A DNA stretch of 64,000 nucleotides. Source: Acidobacteriota bacterium. GTDB taxonomy: Bacteria; Acidobacteriota; Thermoanaerobaculia; Gp7-AA8. A program made the translations under genes and the position numbers. The number at the start of each line of letters is the position of its first letter. Position 1 is the first letter of the stretch. Shown here one piece after another: positions 10,106 to 20,192 of the stretch. The notes under the pieces are model-generated. The model saw nothing but the letters and a program-made list of their open reading frames with translations. It made no database searches and was not told the origin of the DNA. The DNA lies in contig JAJPHC010000030.1 in the NCBI GenBank assembly GCA_021325515.1, forward strand, positions 78,976-142,975. Reading direction: 5' to 3'.

Positions 10106-10792
10106 TCAACCGACGTCGGCGTGCCGCATCAGCTCTTCTACATCCGGCACGATGCACAGCTTGCCATCGAGCCGGATCAATCCCTCGACCTGCAATCTGC
10201 CGAGGTTGCGCGAGACGAGCTCGCGCACGGTGCCGATCGTTGCCGCGATTTCCTGATTCGACGGCAGCGTCACTTCGGTGCCTCGCTGCGTGTGCTCGCC
10301 TGCCGTCTGCGCCAGGCGCACAATCATCATCGCCAGCCTGCTGCGCACGGTCGTGAACGACAACTCCTCGATGAGTGCCACGAGTCTGCGCAGCCGGCCG
10401 CCGACATTCTTCAGCACCTTCAACGCCACTTCGGGATGCTCGAGAATCAACGCGCGAAACTCCCGCTTGCTCAGAAACAGCAGCACGCTGTCGACCGTGG
10501 CCACGGCCGACGCCGGATACGGCCCGCCATCGAATACCGGAATTTCCGCGATGGAGTTTCCCGCGCGGTCGATCGTCAGCACCTGTTCGCGCCCCGAGGC
10601 CGAGGTCTTGAAGATCTTCATCTCGCCCGATTCGACGACGAAGAAGCCCTGGCACGGATCTCCTTCATTGAAGAGGATCTCCCCCTCGTGCACATGCTGC
10701 TTCGCGACGCGATGCGCGAGCGCGTGCAGTTCCTCCTCCGACAGCTCTGCGAAGAGCGCGACGTTCGAGAGAACGGTGTACGGATCGAACAC
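10106..10792 (-). CDS. Crp/Fnr-family transcriptional regulator (cNMP-binding domain plus C-terminal HTH); plausibly NnrR/Dnr-like given neighbours
   Basis: The cNMP-binding fold is indicated by EGEILFNEGDPCQGFFVVESGEMKIF. A C-terminal HTH (SNQEIAATIGTVRELVSRNL) is present. The GTG start after a GGAGG RBS overlaps the nnrS-like stop by 1 nt. Confidence 0.8.
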   Translation of the reverse strand: MFDPYTVLSNVALFAELSEEELHALAHRVAKQHVHEGEILFNEGDPCQGFFVVESGEMKIFKTSASGREQVLTIDRAGNSIAEIPVFDGGPYPASAVATVDSVLLFLSKREFRALILEHPEVALKVLKNVGGRLRRLVALIEELSFTTVRSRLAMMIVRLAQTAGEHTQRGTEVTLPSNQEIAATIGTVRELVSRNLGRLQVEGLIRLDGKLCIVPDVEELMRHADVG

Positions 10793-12090
10793 TACGCCTC
10801 CTGTGCCCGGCGGGCCTCCAGGTATGCCTCGAGAGGTGACCCGGTCGTCAGGGTCATCAACAGGTTCACAGCGAAGAGCGTGACCGCGGTCATTTCGATG
10901 ATCGCAGAAAGTGCGAGCGCGCTCCACGCATGCTCCGAGATGTGCTGATACGCGAGGATCTGTCCGCCAACACGCAGCGTGCAGCCGATGTTGATCAGTC
11001 CCAGCACGACTGCCATGAGTCTCGTGCTCCAGAGCCGCCGCACGTTGAAGAACGCCGGCAGCACGCGCGGCCCGATCGTGAACACCGCCGCCGCGAAGAA
11101 TCCGACCGTGAGCGCGTGGCGCGACGCGCCCGCGTAGCCATTCGGCGCCGGCACGGACGCGGCGACGATCGCCAGCGCGCCTGCGACCACCGACCAGAGA
11201 AACGCGATGCGGATGAACAGCGGCGTCGATTCATGCACACCGCGCAGCTTCGGCTCGCGCTCGCTCCTCTCGAATGTGCGCAGCGCGATTCCAAACATCA
11301 ACGCCGCAATCGTCAGAATGACCGCACCGGCGATCAGCGAGAAGAACGACGTCGCGACGCCCGCGAAGAGTATCGCCATCACCGGGATCAGCATCGTCTT
11401 GCGCGTTTTCTTCAAGCCGAGCAGCGGCGGAAGCCATCGCGAGGCAAAGCCCCAGATGAACGGCACGACGAAGCCCCACGTGATCAGCACCAGATAGCGC
11501 TGGTTGAATGCGGCCGGGAATCGGGGCGCACTGCCGGTGAGCGCGACTCGCAGCGATTCCGCGGCGTTAACGGCGATTGCAACGACCATCGACGCGCCGG
11601 CGCCGCTGATCAGCAGCACCGACTTCCGCCACGAGTCATCCAACGCACGCGGCCGCGCGAGATAGACAGAGACGGCGAAGATGCACACCGCGATCAGCTC
11701 CAGCGCGCCCGACAACGGCAGCAGCACGCGCCATTGCCACGGCCACGTACCGATCGCCCAGCGCATCGCGACGCCCGCGGTCCACAACGGGTACGTCGTC
11801 CATGCCGCGAGGTGCGAGAACGGACTGAGACGCAGGCGCGGAATCGTGTAGTAGCCGATGCCGAGGATGAAGGTGCCGAGCCAGCCGAAAAGCTGGGCAT
11901 GACCGTGGGCCTGCACCCACGCCGCGTCGGCGGCGGACGAGGTGTGTGCGCTCGCGATCTTCAGCAGGGTCATCACGCCGGCGAACGTGCCCGGCAGCAG
12001 CATGAACGCGAGCCCGGTCGCGATGTAGACCTTGAGCATCCGCGAAAGATCAGGATCGTGCGGCTGGCTGAGAGAACGGCAACGCGGCAT
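10792..12090 (-). CDS. nnrS: NnrS-family haem-copper membrane protein (NO-stress associated); start may be the internal ATG at 12039
   Basis: About 12 predicted TM helices with conserved His residues (HGHAQLFGW). It is co-located with a Crp/Fnr regulator and the nar operon. The family assignment comes from memory of the NnrS architecture. Confidence 0.45.
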   Translation of the reverse strand: MPRCRSLSQPHDPDLSRMLKVYIATGLAFMLLPGTFAGVMTLLKIASAHTSSAADAAWVQAHGHAQLFGWLGTFILGIGYYTIPRLRLSPFSHLAAWTTYPLWTAGVAMRWAIGTWPWQWRVLLPLSGALELIAVCIFAVSVYLARPRALDDSWRKSVLLISGAGASMVVAIAVNAAESLRVALTGSAPRFPAAFNQRYLVLITWGFVVPFIWGFASRWLPPLLGLKKTRKTMLIPVMAILFAGVATSFFSLIAGAVILTIAALMFGIALRTFERSEREPKLRGVHESTPLFIRIAFLWSVVAGALAIVAASVPAPNGYAGASRHALTVGFFAAAVFTIGPRVLPAFFNVRRLWSTRLMAVVLGLINIGCTLRVGGQILAYQHISEHAWSALALSAIIEMTAVTLFAVNLLMTLTTGSPLEAYLEARRAQEA

Positions 12091-12137
12091 CGGGCGGGCC
12101 TCCGATGCGTAACGTACCGCGCGCCGTGCAGCGGCGG

Positions 12138-12153
12138 CATGACGGATGTCATG
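12138..12153. promoter_or_regulatory. Candidate Crp/Fnr-family operator: perfect palindrome CATGAC-ggat-GTCATG in the divergent nnrS / cytochrome c-nar promoter region
   Basis: The sequence TGAC-N4-GTCA resembles the FNR/Dnr TTGAT-N4-ATCAA box geometry. It lies ~130 nt upstream of the cytochrome c start and ~50-100 nt upstream of nnrS. Confidence 0.3.
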
Positions 12154-12282
12154 TCGAAGCGGGCAGCAGCAGGATCGGCCACGTTGCTTCCCGCGAAGCC
12201 CTGCCTCTCGCCCGCTTCGTCACATCCCCCCCGGGACCAAAGTCATCGCACCTTGCGTAGCCGATGTCTTCCAATGCGTCAC

Positions 12283-13134
12283 ATGATGTCCAACACCTAT
12301 CGACGCGCTCTCCTGGTGGCGGCGACGGTGACTCTCATCACCGCATCGGCCCGCGCCGCCGACGAAGCGGCCACGTACTTCCGGCAGAACTGCATGAGCT
12401 GCCACACGATCGGAGGCGGCCGTCTCGTCGGCCCTGATCTCAAGGACGTCACGCAACGGCGCGACAAAGGCTGGCTGCAGAAATTCGTCGCCAATCCGAA
12501 GTCGTATCTCGACGGCGGCGATCCCTACGTCGCGAAACTGAAAGAAGACGCACGGGGCGCCGTGATGCCGAACATCGCCGGCATCGACGAAGCCCGAGCG
12601 CTCGCGCTGCTGGAGATGATCGAGCGCGAGTCGAAGCTTCCCAAATCGCAATTCGCCGGTCTCAATATCGGAGACCAGCCATTTACTCCATCCGACATCG
12701 CAAATGGACGGGCCATCATCCTCGGCGAAAAGCATCTGGCCAACGGCGGCCCGGCCTGCGTCTCCTGCCACTCCGTCGACAACATCTCCATCCTCGGCGG
12801 CGGCAAGCTCGCGCCCGATCTGACGAAAGTCTTCGAACGAATGCGCGGCCGGAAGAATCTCGCGTCATGGCTGCAGGCGCCGGCGACGCCGACCATGCGC
12901 CCTCTCTTCGCCAATCAGTCGATGACCAACGACGAGATCACGCAACTCGTCGCTTATCTCGAAACGACCGCACGCAAGCCGCAACAGACCGGCGACACCG
13001 CAACGCTCTCCTTCTTCTTCCTCGGCCTTGGCGGCTGTGTGCTGGGCTTCATCGGCGCCGACACCGTCTGGCGCAAGCGGCTGCGCGGCGTTCGCAAACC
13101 ACTCATTGAAGAAGCTCGGCGAGGTGACCGATGA
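12283..13134 (+). CDS. Dihaem c-type cytochrome with signal peptide and C-terminal TM anchor
   Basis: Two CXXCH motifs (CMSCH, CVSCH) are present. The N-terminus is a signal peptide ([25 protein letters not shown]). There is a C-terminal hydrophobic stretch. Its stop overlaps the narG start (ATGA). The upstream part of the 734-aa track ORF is spurious. Confidence 0.75.
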   Translation: MMSNTYRRALLVAATVTLITASARAADEAATYFRQNCMSCHTIGGGRLVGPDLKDVTQRRDKGWLQKFVANPKSYLDGGDPYVAKLKEDARGAVMPNIAGIDEARALALLEMIERESKLPKSQFAGLNIGDQPFTPSDIANGRAIILGEKHLANGGPACVSCHSVDNISILGGGKLAPDLTKVFERMRGRKNLASWLQAPATPTMRPLFANQSMTNDEITQLVAYLETTARKPQQTGDTATLSFFFLGLGGCVLGFIGADTVWRKRLRGVRKPLIEEARRGDR

Positions 13135-16100
13135 GCATCGGCTGGATTCAGGACGAAGCAACGCCCAACGGGCGCTCCTGGGAAGAGTTCTATAGAAACC
13201 GCTGGCAGCACGACAAGGTCGTCCGCTCGACCCACGGCGTGAATTGCACCGGCTCCTGCACGTGGCAGATCTACGTCAAGAACGGGATCGTCACCTGGGA
13301 GATGCAGGGACTCGATTATCCCGCGCTCGAGAACGGCCTCCCGCCTTATGAGCCGCGCGGCTGCCAGCGCGGCATCTCCTACTCCTGGTACCTCTATTCG
13401 CCATTGCGCGTGAAGTATCCGTACATGCGCGGCGCACTGATCGATCTCTGGAAGAGCGCGCGCAGTGCACACGAGGATCCCGTCGAGGCCTGGGCCTCCA
13501 TCATGGACGACCCCGAAAAGCGCCGGCGCTTTCAGAAAGCGCGCGGCAAAGGGGGATTCCGCCGCGCGTCGTGGGACGACGCGCTGGAATTGATGGCCGC
13601 CGCCAATCTGCACACGATCAGGAAATACGGGCCGGACCGCATCAATGGCTTCTCGCCGATTCCGGCGATGTCGATGATCAGCTACGCATCCGGCGCCCGG
13701 CTGATGCAGCTCATGGGCGGCGTCTCACTGTCGTTCTATGACTGGTATTGCGATCTCCCCAATGCGTCGCCGGAAGTATGGGGCGAACAGACGGACGTTC
13801 AGGAGTCGGCTGACTGGTACAACGCCAAGATGCTCGCCGTCATGGGGTCGAACCTCAACATGACGCGCACGCCCGATTGTCATTTTGCAGCCGAGGCGCG
13901 GCACAACGGTTCGAAGATGTGGGTCTTCGCGCCCGATTTCAATCAGGTCGCGAAATACGCAGACGAGTGGGCCGCCATCAATGCCGGACAGGATGGCGCG
14001 TGGTGGATGGCGGTCAATCACGTCATTCTCAAGGAAGCGCATTACGAGAAACAGACACCGTACTTCATCGATTACGCGAAGAAGTACAGCGACAGTCCTT
14101 ATCTCGTCGAGCTGATCCCAAGTGCAGGACAGGCGTTCAAGGCCGGCCGCCTCCTCCGCGCCAATCGCCTCAAGGCCTACCAGAACGTCGAGCACGGCGA
14201 CTGGAAGTTCCTCATGTGGGACGACACATCCGATCAGCCGAAGATGCCGATGGGCTCCGCGGGCTTTCGCTGGGGGCGTGAAAAGGGCAAGTGGAACCTG
14301 CTGCTCGAGGATGGTCTCTATGGCGACAAGATCGAGCCGGCGCTCACCTTCCTCGGCCGCGGCGACGTCGCGGTCAACGTCGAGTTCGACGATTTCGGCG
14401 CCGATCGCCGCTCGTTCCGCGGCGTGCCCGCGCGGTCCGTCGAGCTTGCGGACGGCTCGCGAGTGCTCGTCGCCACTGTTTATGACCTGCTCATGGCGCA
14501 ATACGGCGTCGACCGCGGTCTGGGCGGCGATTATGCGGGCTCTTATGACGACGACGGGCCGTTCACTCCCGCATGGCAGGAGAAATACACCGGCCTCTCG
14601 CGCGACATGGTCATCAAGTTCGCGCGCGAATGGGCGCGCACGGCGGAACTGACACAGGGGAAGTGCACCGTCATCATCGGCGCCGGCATCAATCACTGGT
14701 ACCACGCCAATCTGATGTACCGCGCGGCGATCCACGCGCTGATCTTCTGCGGCTGCATCGGCGTCAATGGCGGCGGACTCGCCCACTATGTCGGCCAGGA
14801 GAAGCTCGCGCCCGGCGAGCCGTGGGGCGCAGTCGCCTTCGGCAAGGACTGGATCCCCTCCTCGCGCCAACAGAACGCGCCGAGCTGGCACTACGTCCAT
14901 TCCGACCAGTGGCGTTATGAGCGATCGTTCACGGAATACCACCGTCTGCCGCGCGAGGCGAACGACTCGACGAAAGATCACACGATCGATCATCAGGTTC
15001 GCGCCGTCCGGCGTGGCTGGCTCCCCTTCTATCCACAGTTCAACAAGAGCTCGATCGAGATCGTGGCCGAGGCCGAGAAGGCGGGCTGCAGAAGCGATCA
15101 GGAGATCATTGATTACGTCGTCGCGCGCCTGAAATCGAGCGAATTGAAATTCGCGGTGGAAGATCCCGACGCGGAAGAGAACTGGCCGCGCGTTTTCTAC
15201 ATCTGGCGCGGTAACGCACTCATGTCGTCGGCCAAGGGCCACGAATATTTCCTCAAGCATTATCTCGGCACGCACAACAACTCCGTCTCACAGGATCTCG
15301 CCGGAGATTCCGTGAAGGAAGTCGTGTGGCGGGAGCAGGCACCGGAAGGAAAGATGGACCTCATCGTCGATCTCAACTTCCGCATGGACACCTCGGCGCT
15401 CTACTCCGACATCGTTCTGCCCGCCGCCACCTGGTACGAGAAGGCCGACATCAACTCGACCGACATGCACAGCTTCATTCATCCGCTGTCGAAGGCGGTG
15501 CCGCCGTGCTGGGAGTCGAAGAGCGACTGGCAGATCTTCCGCGCGCTGGCAAAGAAGTTCTCGGAGCTTGCGGCGAAGCACTTCCAGGCACCGGTCCGCG
15601 ATCTCGTCGCGACGCCTCTGGCACACGACAGCGCCGCGGAGATCGCACAGAGCGAACCACGTGACTGGTTCCGCGGCGAGTGCGAGGCGATTCCCGGCAA
15701 GACCATGCCCGGCCTCAAGATCGTCACGCGCGATTTTCGCGATGTCTACAAGCAGTACATCTCCTTCGGACCAGAAGCGCGCAAGAACGGACTCGGCGCA
15801 CATGGGACGCACTATGCGATCGACGACTTCTATGACGCCATGCTCACCGAGAAACCGACGGTGTGCTGGAATCACGAAGGCTCGTCGAAGCCCTGCTTCG
15901 CAATCAATGGCACGTCGGGCTGCAAGCGCTATCCCTCGCTCCGTGAAGATGAACATGCCGTCGATTTGATCCTCCACCTCGCCACAGTGACGAACGGCGA
16001 GCTCGCCTGGCGCAGCTACAAGGAGATGGAAGCCAAGGTCGGCCTTCCGCTGACGCACCTCGTCGAGAAACAGCGCGGCGTCAGGGTCTCTTACGCGGAT

Positions 16101-16805
16101 CTGCAATCCAGGCCGCATCGCTTCGTGAATTCGCCGATGTGGTCCGGCCTCATCGAAAACGGCCGCGTCTATTCGCCGTTCACCTACAACGTCGAATGCC
16201 TCGTGCCGTGGCGCACGCTCACCGGCCGCCAGCACCTCTATCTCGATCATCCGACCTACATCGAGTTCGGCGAGCATCTGCCCACATACAAGCCCAAGCC
16301 CCTCCCTGCCGAATATGCCGACCTCCGCTTCGCGGAGCAGAACACGAACGCGAAGATGCTCAATTACCTGACGCCCCACGGCAAGTGGCACATCCACTCG
16401 ACGTACGGCGACAACCAGCGCATGACGACGCTGTCGCGCGGCGTCGAGCCGTTCTGGATGAACGACAGCGATGCCGACGAGCTGGGCATTCAGGACAACG
16501 ACTGGGTGGAAGTCTTCAATGACCACGGCGTCGTGGTGACGAGAGCCGCGGTGTCGGCGCGCATCCCGCGCGGCATCTGCATCCAGTACCACTCGCCGGA
16601 ACGGACGTACTCCGTGCCCAAGTCGCCGCTGCGCGGCAACAAGCGCGCCGGCGGCCACAACTCGCTGACCAGAACACGCCTCAAGCCAAACCTGATGATC
16701 GGCGGCTACGGCCAGTTCACCTTCCACTTCAACTACTGGGGACCGACAGGCTGTAACCGCGACACACATGTACTGGTGAGGAAACTGCCCGAATTGAATT
16801 GGTGA
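13131..16805 (+). CDS. narG: Respiratory nitrate reductase alpha subunit, copy 2 (full length)
   Basis: The N-terminus carries the H/C-x3-C-x3-C Fe-S motif ([12 protein letters not shown]). The protein is 1224 aa with Mo-bisMGD family blocks along its full length. No twin-arginine signal is present. Confidence 0.95.
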   Translation: MSIGWIQDEATPNGRSWEEFYRNRWQHDKVVRSTHGVNCTGSCTWQIYVKNGIVTWEMQGLDYPALENGLPPYEPRGCQRGISYSWYLYSPLRVKYPYMRGALIDLWKSARSAHEDPVEAWASIMDDPEKRRRFQKARGKGGFRRASWDDALELMAAANLHTIRKYGPDRINGFSPIPAMSMISYASGARLMQLMGGVSLSFYDWYCDLPNASPEVWGEQTDVQESADWYNAKMLAVMGSNLNMTRTPDCHFAAEARHNGSKMWVFAPDFNQVAKYADEWAAINAGQDGAWWMAVNHVILKEAHYEKQTPYFIDYAKKYSDSPYLVELIPSAGQAFKAGRLLRANRLKAYQNVEHGDWKFLMWDDTSDQPKMPMGSAGFRWGREKGKWNLLLEDGLYGDKIEPALTFLGRGDVAVNVEFDDFGADRRSFRGVPARSVELADGSRVLVATVYDLLMAQYGVDRGLGGDYAGSYDDDGPFTPAWQEKYTGLSRDMVIKFAREWARTAELTQGKCTVIIGAGINHWYHANLMYRAAIHALIFCGCIGVNGGGLAHYVGQEKLAPGEPWGAVAFGKDWIPSSRQQNAPSWHYVHSDQWRYERSFTEYHRLPREANDSTKDHTIDHQVRAVRRGWLPFYPQFNKSSIEIVAEAEKAGCRSDQEIIDYVVARLKSSELKFAVEDPDAEENWPRVFYIWRGNALMSSAKGHEYFLKHYLGTHNNSVSQDLAGDSVKEVVWREQAPEGKMDLIVDLNFRMDTSALYSDIVLPAATWYEKADINSTDMHSFIHPLSKAVPPCWESKSDWQIFRALAKKFSELAAKHFQAPVRDLVATPLAHDSAAEIAQSEPRDWFRGECEAIPGKTMPGLKIVTRDFRDVYKQYISFGPEARKNGLGAHGTHYAIDDFYDAMLTEKPTVCWNHEGSSKPCFAINGTSGCKRYPSLREDEHAVDLILHLATVTNGELAWRSYKEMEAKVGLPLTHLVEKQRGVRVSYADLQSRPHRFVNSPMWSGLIENGRVYSPFTYNVECLVPWRTLTGRQHLYLDHPTYIEFGEHLPTYKPKPLPAEYADLRFAEQNTNAKMLNYLTPHGKWHIHSTYGDNQRMTTLSRGVEPFWMNDSDADELGIQDNDWVEVFNDHGVVVTRAAVSARIPRGICIQYHSPERTYSVPKSPLRGNKRAGGHNSLTRTRLKPNLMIGGYGQFTFHFNYWGPTGCNRDTHVLVRKLPELNW

Positions 16806-16823
16806 TGAAAGGGCATGAGACAG

Positions 16824-16903
16824 ATAGGACCTATGGGACCTATGGGACCTATAGGGAGCCACCCATAGGTCCTATAGGTCCCATAAGGTCCCATAAGTCC
16901 CAT
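16824..16903. repeat. 80-bp imperfect palindrome built from tandem octamers (GGACCTAT x3 ... ATAGGTCC-like x4) in the narG2-narH2 spacer
   Basis: Read directly: ataggacctatgggacctatgggacctataggga gccacc cataggtcctataggtcccataaggtcccataagtcccat. It is absent from operon copy 1, where narG and narH overlap. Confidence 0.6.
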
Positions 16904-16925
16904 CGCTGCCACGAGGAGCCAATTA

Positions 16926-18415
16926 TGGATGTCCGATCCCAAATCTCCATGGTCTTCCACCTCGATAAATGCATCGGGTGCCACACCTGCTCCATTGCGT
17001 GCAAGAACATCTGGACCGACCGCAAAGGCACGGAGTACATGTGGTGGAACAACGTCGAGACCAAGCCGGGCACCGGCTATCCGACGCGCTGGGAAGATCA
17101 GGAAAAGTACAGCGGCGGCTGGGAGCTGAAAGGCGGGCGGCTGGAGCTGCGCTCGACGTCGAAGTCGAAGATCGTCTTCAACATCTTTCACAACCCGCAC
17201 ATGCCGTCCATGGACGACTACTACGAGCCATGGACCTATGACTACGGCAATCTCTTCAATGCGCCGGAGGGATGCGACCAGCCGACGGCGAAACCGATCT
17301 CGCTGGTCAACGGCAAGTACCTCGACATCGACGCCGGGCCGAACTGGGACGACGATCTCGGCGGCTCACGCGTCTATGCAGCGAACGATCCCAATCTGGA
17401 AGGGATGAATGAAGAGCAGCGCGCGCAGCTCGCGGCGGTCGAGCGGCTCGTGATGTTCTATTTCCCGCGCATCTGCAATCACTGCCTCAATCCGGCGTGC
17501 GTGGCCGCCTGCCCCTCGGGGGCGATGTACAAGCGCGGCGAGGACGGCATCGTGCTCGTCGATCAGAAGCGCTGCCGTGCCTGGCGCGCCTGTGTGGCCG
17601 CCTGCCCCTACAAGAAAGTCTTCTATAACTGGCAGACAGGCAAGTCGGAAAAGTGCATCCTCTGCTTCCCGCGGCTGGAGACCGGACAGGCGCCGGCGTG
17701 CTTCCACTCCTGCGTCGGCCGCATCCGCTACCTCGGCATCCTGCTCTATGACGCGGAACGGATCGAGGAGATCGCGAAGAGCTCCGACGAGAATCTGATC
17801 GACGCCCATCGCTCGATCATTCTCGATCCGTACGATCCGCAGGTCATCGAAGGCGCGCGTGCCAATGGAATCCACGATTCCGTCATCGAGGCCGCACAGA
17901 AGTCGCCGGTCTATCTCTGGGTGAAGCTCTGGAAGCTCGCCCTGCCTCCGCACATAGAGTTCCGCACACTGCCGATGCTCTTCTACGTTCCGCCGATGTC
18001 TCCGGTGATGGCGCAGAAGGATGGTGACATCATCTCCCACACCAGCGACGATCTCTTCCACGACATCGATCAGGCACGCCTGCCGATGCAGTACCTGGCC
18101 AGGCTGTTCGGCGCCGGGCACGACGGCAAGGTTCGCTACGCACTGCGCAAGCAGAAGGCCGTCCGCGCATACCGGCGCTGGCTAACCGTCGGCGACATCA
18201 GCGAGGCCACGGTCGACCGCATGCTCCGCGAGGCGGATACGACTCGCGACGAAGTCGAGGCCATCTACAGGCTAACGTCTCTCTGCACCTTCGAAGACCG
18301 CTTCGTGATCCCGCCGATGTACCGCGAAGAAGCGATCGAGATGCTGCAGGATCCGATGGAGGCGAAGCAGTCCGCCGGCTTCGGCTTCATGGAAGGCCCG
18401 TCGAGGGGGTTGTAA
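16926..18415 (+). CDS. narH: Respiratory nitrate reductase beta subunit, copy 2
   Basis: N-terminus MDVRSQISMVFHLDKCIGCHTCSIACKN with a GAGGAG RBS 7 nt upstream. The N-terminal extension in the track ORF (YGTYGTY...PIGPIGPI) is a translation of the palindrome, not protein. Confidence 0.92.
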
Positions 18416-18864
18416 TGAACGCAGGATCGCTCATCCGCCTCTCGTCGCTGCTTTCCTATCCGCACGGGCAGCTCGTCCGTCGTCCCGATGATTGCGGCCC
18501 CATCTCCGACTTCTTCGACGAGATCGAGTCCGTCGAGCCGTCCGGTCTCGAAGAGCTCTATACGACGACGTTCGATCTCAATCCGGTGGCGACGCTCGAG
18601 GTCGGGTGGCACCTGTGGGGCGAGCAATACGAGCGGGGGCGATTCCTCGCCGATTTGCGCGGGCTGCAGGCCGAGCACGGCATTCCCAATGACGTCGAGC
18701 TGCCTGACCACCTGACCGTGCTGCTGCCGACCCTCGCTGCCGCCGGCACCCCGGAGCTCCGCGCGCAGTGCGCCAAAGCCATCGAAAAAATCCTGCAGCC
18801 GCTCGAGGAGCATGGCAACCCCTATCGCCATCTGCTTCGCGCGGCAATGGAGGCGGCACAATGA
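18415..18864 (+). CDS. narJ: Nitrate reductase assembly chaperone, copy 2
   Basis: ATG overlaps the narH stop (TAATG). The protein is 149 aa with TTFDLNP and NPYRHL motifs. Confidence 0.85.
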   Translation: MNAGSLIRLSSLLSYPHGQLVRRPDDCGPISDFFDEIESVEPSGLEELYTTTFDLNPVATLEVGWHLWGEQYERGRFLADLRGLQAEHGIPNDVELPDHLTVLLPTLAAAGTPELRAQCAKAIEKILQPLEEHGNPYRHLLRAAMEAAQ

Positions 18865-19562
18865 CGACCTTCGCGAATTACCTCGACACCGTACTGTTCG
18901 CCGTCTTCCCCTATGTGGCGATGGTGCTGTTCCTGGTTGGGACCATCCACCGGTATCGCAGCGAATCGTTCACCTACTCCAGCCTTTCGTCCCAGCTCCT
19001 GGAGAACAAACAGCACTTCTGGGCCGTCGTGCCGTTTCACTACGGCATCATTACGGTACTGACGGGGCACATCGTCGCCTTTCTCATTCCGCGGCAGTTC
19101 CTGCTCTTCAACAGCAAGCCGCTGCGGCTCTACATTCTCGAAGTCTCGGCGTTGATCTTCGGCATCACTACGCTCGTCTCGCTGCTGGCGATCATCGCCC
19201 GCCGCTTCACAGACCCGCGGGTACGCGTGGTCACGACGAAGGCCGACTGGTTCCTTTATGGGATGCTGCTCCTGCAGGTCTTCTGCGGCGTCTATGTGGC
19301 CATCTTCTACCGCTGGGGCTCGGCGTGGTTCGCGGCATCGGCATCGCCTTATCTCTGGTCCCTCCTCAAGCTTCGGCCGGAAATCGCCGTCATTGCCGCC
19401 ATGCCCTTCGCAGTGAAGCTGCACATCGTCAATGCCTGGCTCGTGATTGCCTTCTTCCCGTTCACGCGCCTGGTTCACATCCTCGTCGTTCCGAATCAGT
19501 ACCTCTTCAGAAAACGGCAGGTCGTCCGGTGGTACCGCCGGCCGCAAATGGCGCGGAGCTGA
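18861..19562 (+). CDS. narI: Respiratory nitrate reductase gamma subunit, copy 2
   Basis: ATG overlaps the narJ stop. The protein is hydrophobic (MTTFANYLDTVLFAVFPYVAMVLFLVGTIHRYRS) and colinear with copy 1. Confidence 0.85.
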   Translation: MTTFANYLDTVLFAVFPYVAMVLFLVGTIHRYRSESFTYSSLSSQLLENKQHFWAVVPFHYGIITVLTGHIVAFLIPRQFLLFNSKPLRLYILEVSALIFGITTLVSLLAIIARRFTDPRVRVVTTKADWFLYGMLLLQVFCGVYVAIFYRWGSAWFAASASPYLWSLLKLRPEIAVIAAMPFAVKLHIVNAWLVIAFFPFTRLVHILVVPNQYLFRKRQVVRWYRRPQMARS

Positions 19563-19566
19563 TGCG

Positions 19567-20187
19567 ATGAATGGCCGGATCCTCACGATCATCCTGTCGG
19601 TGGCCGTGGTCTTCTCGGCCATTGCACTCGTGCCGCGCCTCATCGCCATGCGGCTGCCCGGCGATCACTCCGGCTTCGAACCGGAGCAGCCGATCGCCTT
19701 CTCGCACCGTCTTCACGCCGGTGAGCTGAACATCAACTGCCAATACTGTCACGCGACGGCACAGCGGAGCCGCTATGCGGGGATTCCTTCCGCATCGGCC
19801 TGCATGAACTGCCACAAGTTCATCACCTCGCGCCGCGCCGGCATCCGCGCCGAAGAAGAGCAGGCCAAAAAAGAGCACCGCAAGCCGAATCAGGTCATCG
19901 CACCCGAGCTCAACAAGCTTTATCTCGCGATCAAGACCTCGACACCTGTGCGCTGGAACCGCATTCATCAGGTTCCCGACTTCGTCTACTTCGACCACCG
20001 GCCGCACATCGCCGCGGGGCTCGATTGCCAGCGCTGCCACGGCCCGGTGGAGACGATGGAGCGTGTGCGCCAGGTCGAAACGCTCAACATGGGCTTCTGC
20101 GTCAATTGTCATCGCGGACGCGATGGGACGACGCTCAATGGACATCCGGTCAAGGCCACGAGCGATTGCAGCGCGTGCCACTTCTAA
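19567..20187 (+). CDS. actA: Pentahaem c-type cytochrome, alternative complex III subunit ActA-like
   Basis: Five CXXCH motifs (CQYCH, CMNCH, CQRCH, CVNCH, CSACH). An N-terminal TM or signal segment is present. The gene starts 4 nt after the narI stop. Confidence 0.75.
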   Translation: MNGRILTIILSVAVVFSAIALVPRLIAMRLPGDHSGFEPEQPIAFSHRLHAGELNINCQYCHATAQRSRYAGIPSASACMNCHKFITSRRAGIRAEEEQAKKEHRKPNQVIAPELNKLYLAIKTSTPVRWNRIHQVPDFVYFDHRPHIAAGLDCQRCHGPVETMERVRQVETLNMGFCVNCHRGRDGTTLNGHPVKATSDCSACHF

Positions 20188-20192
20188 ACGCC

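Noticed and set aside
10930-12282. 734-aa track ORF with a very Arg/Asp/His-rich N-terminal 450 aa preceding the cytochrome c domain
   Set aside because: It is low-complexity, antisense to the well-supported NnrS-like gene, and has no motifs. Only the C-terminal 283 aa (from ATG 12283, a signal peptide plus two CXXCH) are credible. This is a typical high-GC antisense artefact.
16799-16925. N-terminal extension of narH2 in the track ORF ([18 protein letters not shown]…PIGPIGPI)
   Set aside because: It is a translation of the octamer palindrome. The ATG at 16926 has a proper GAGGAG RBS and matches the narH1 N-terminus.
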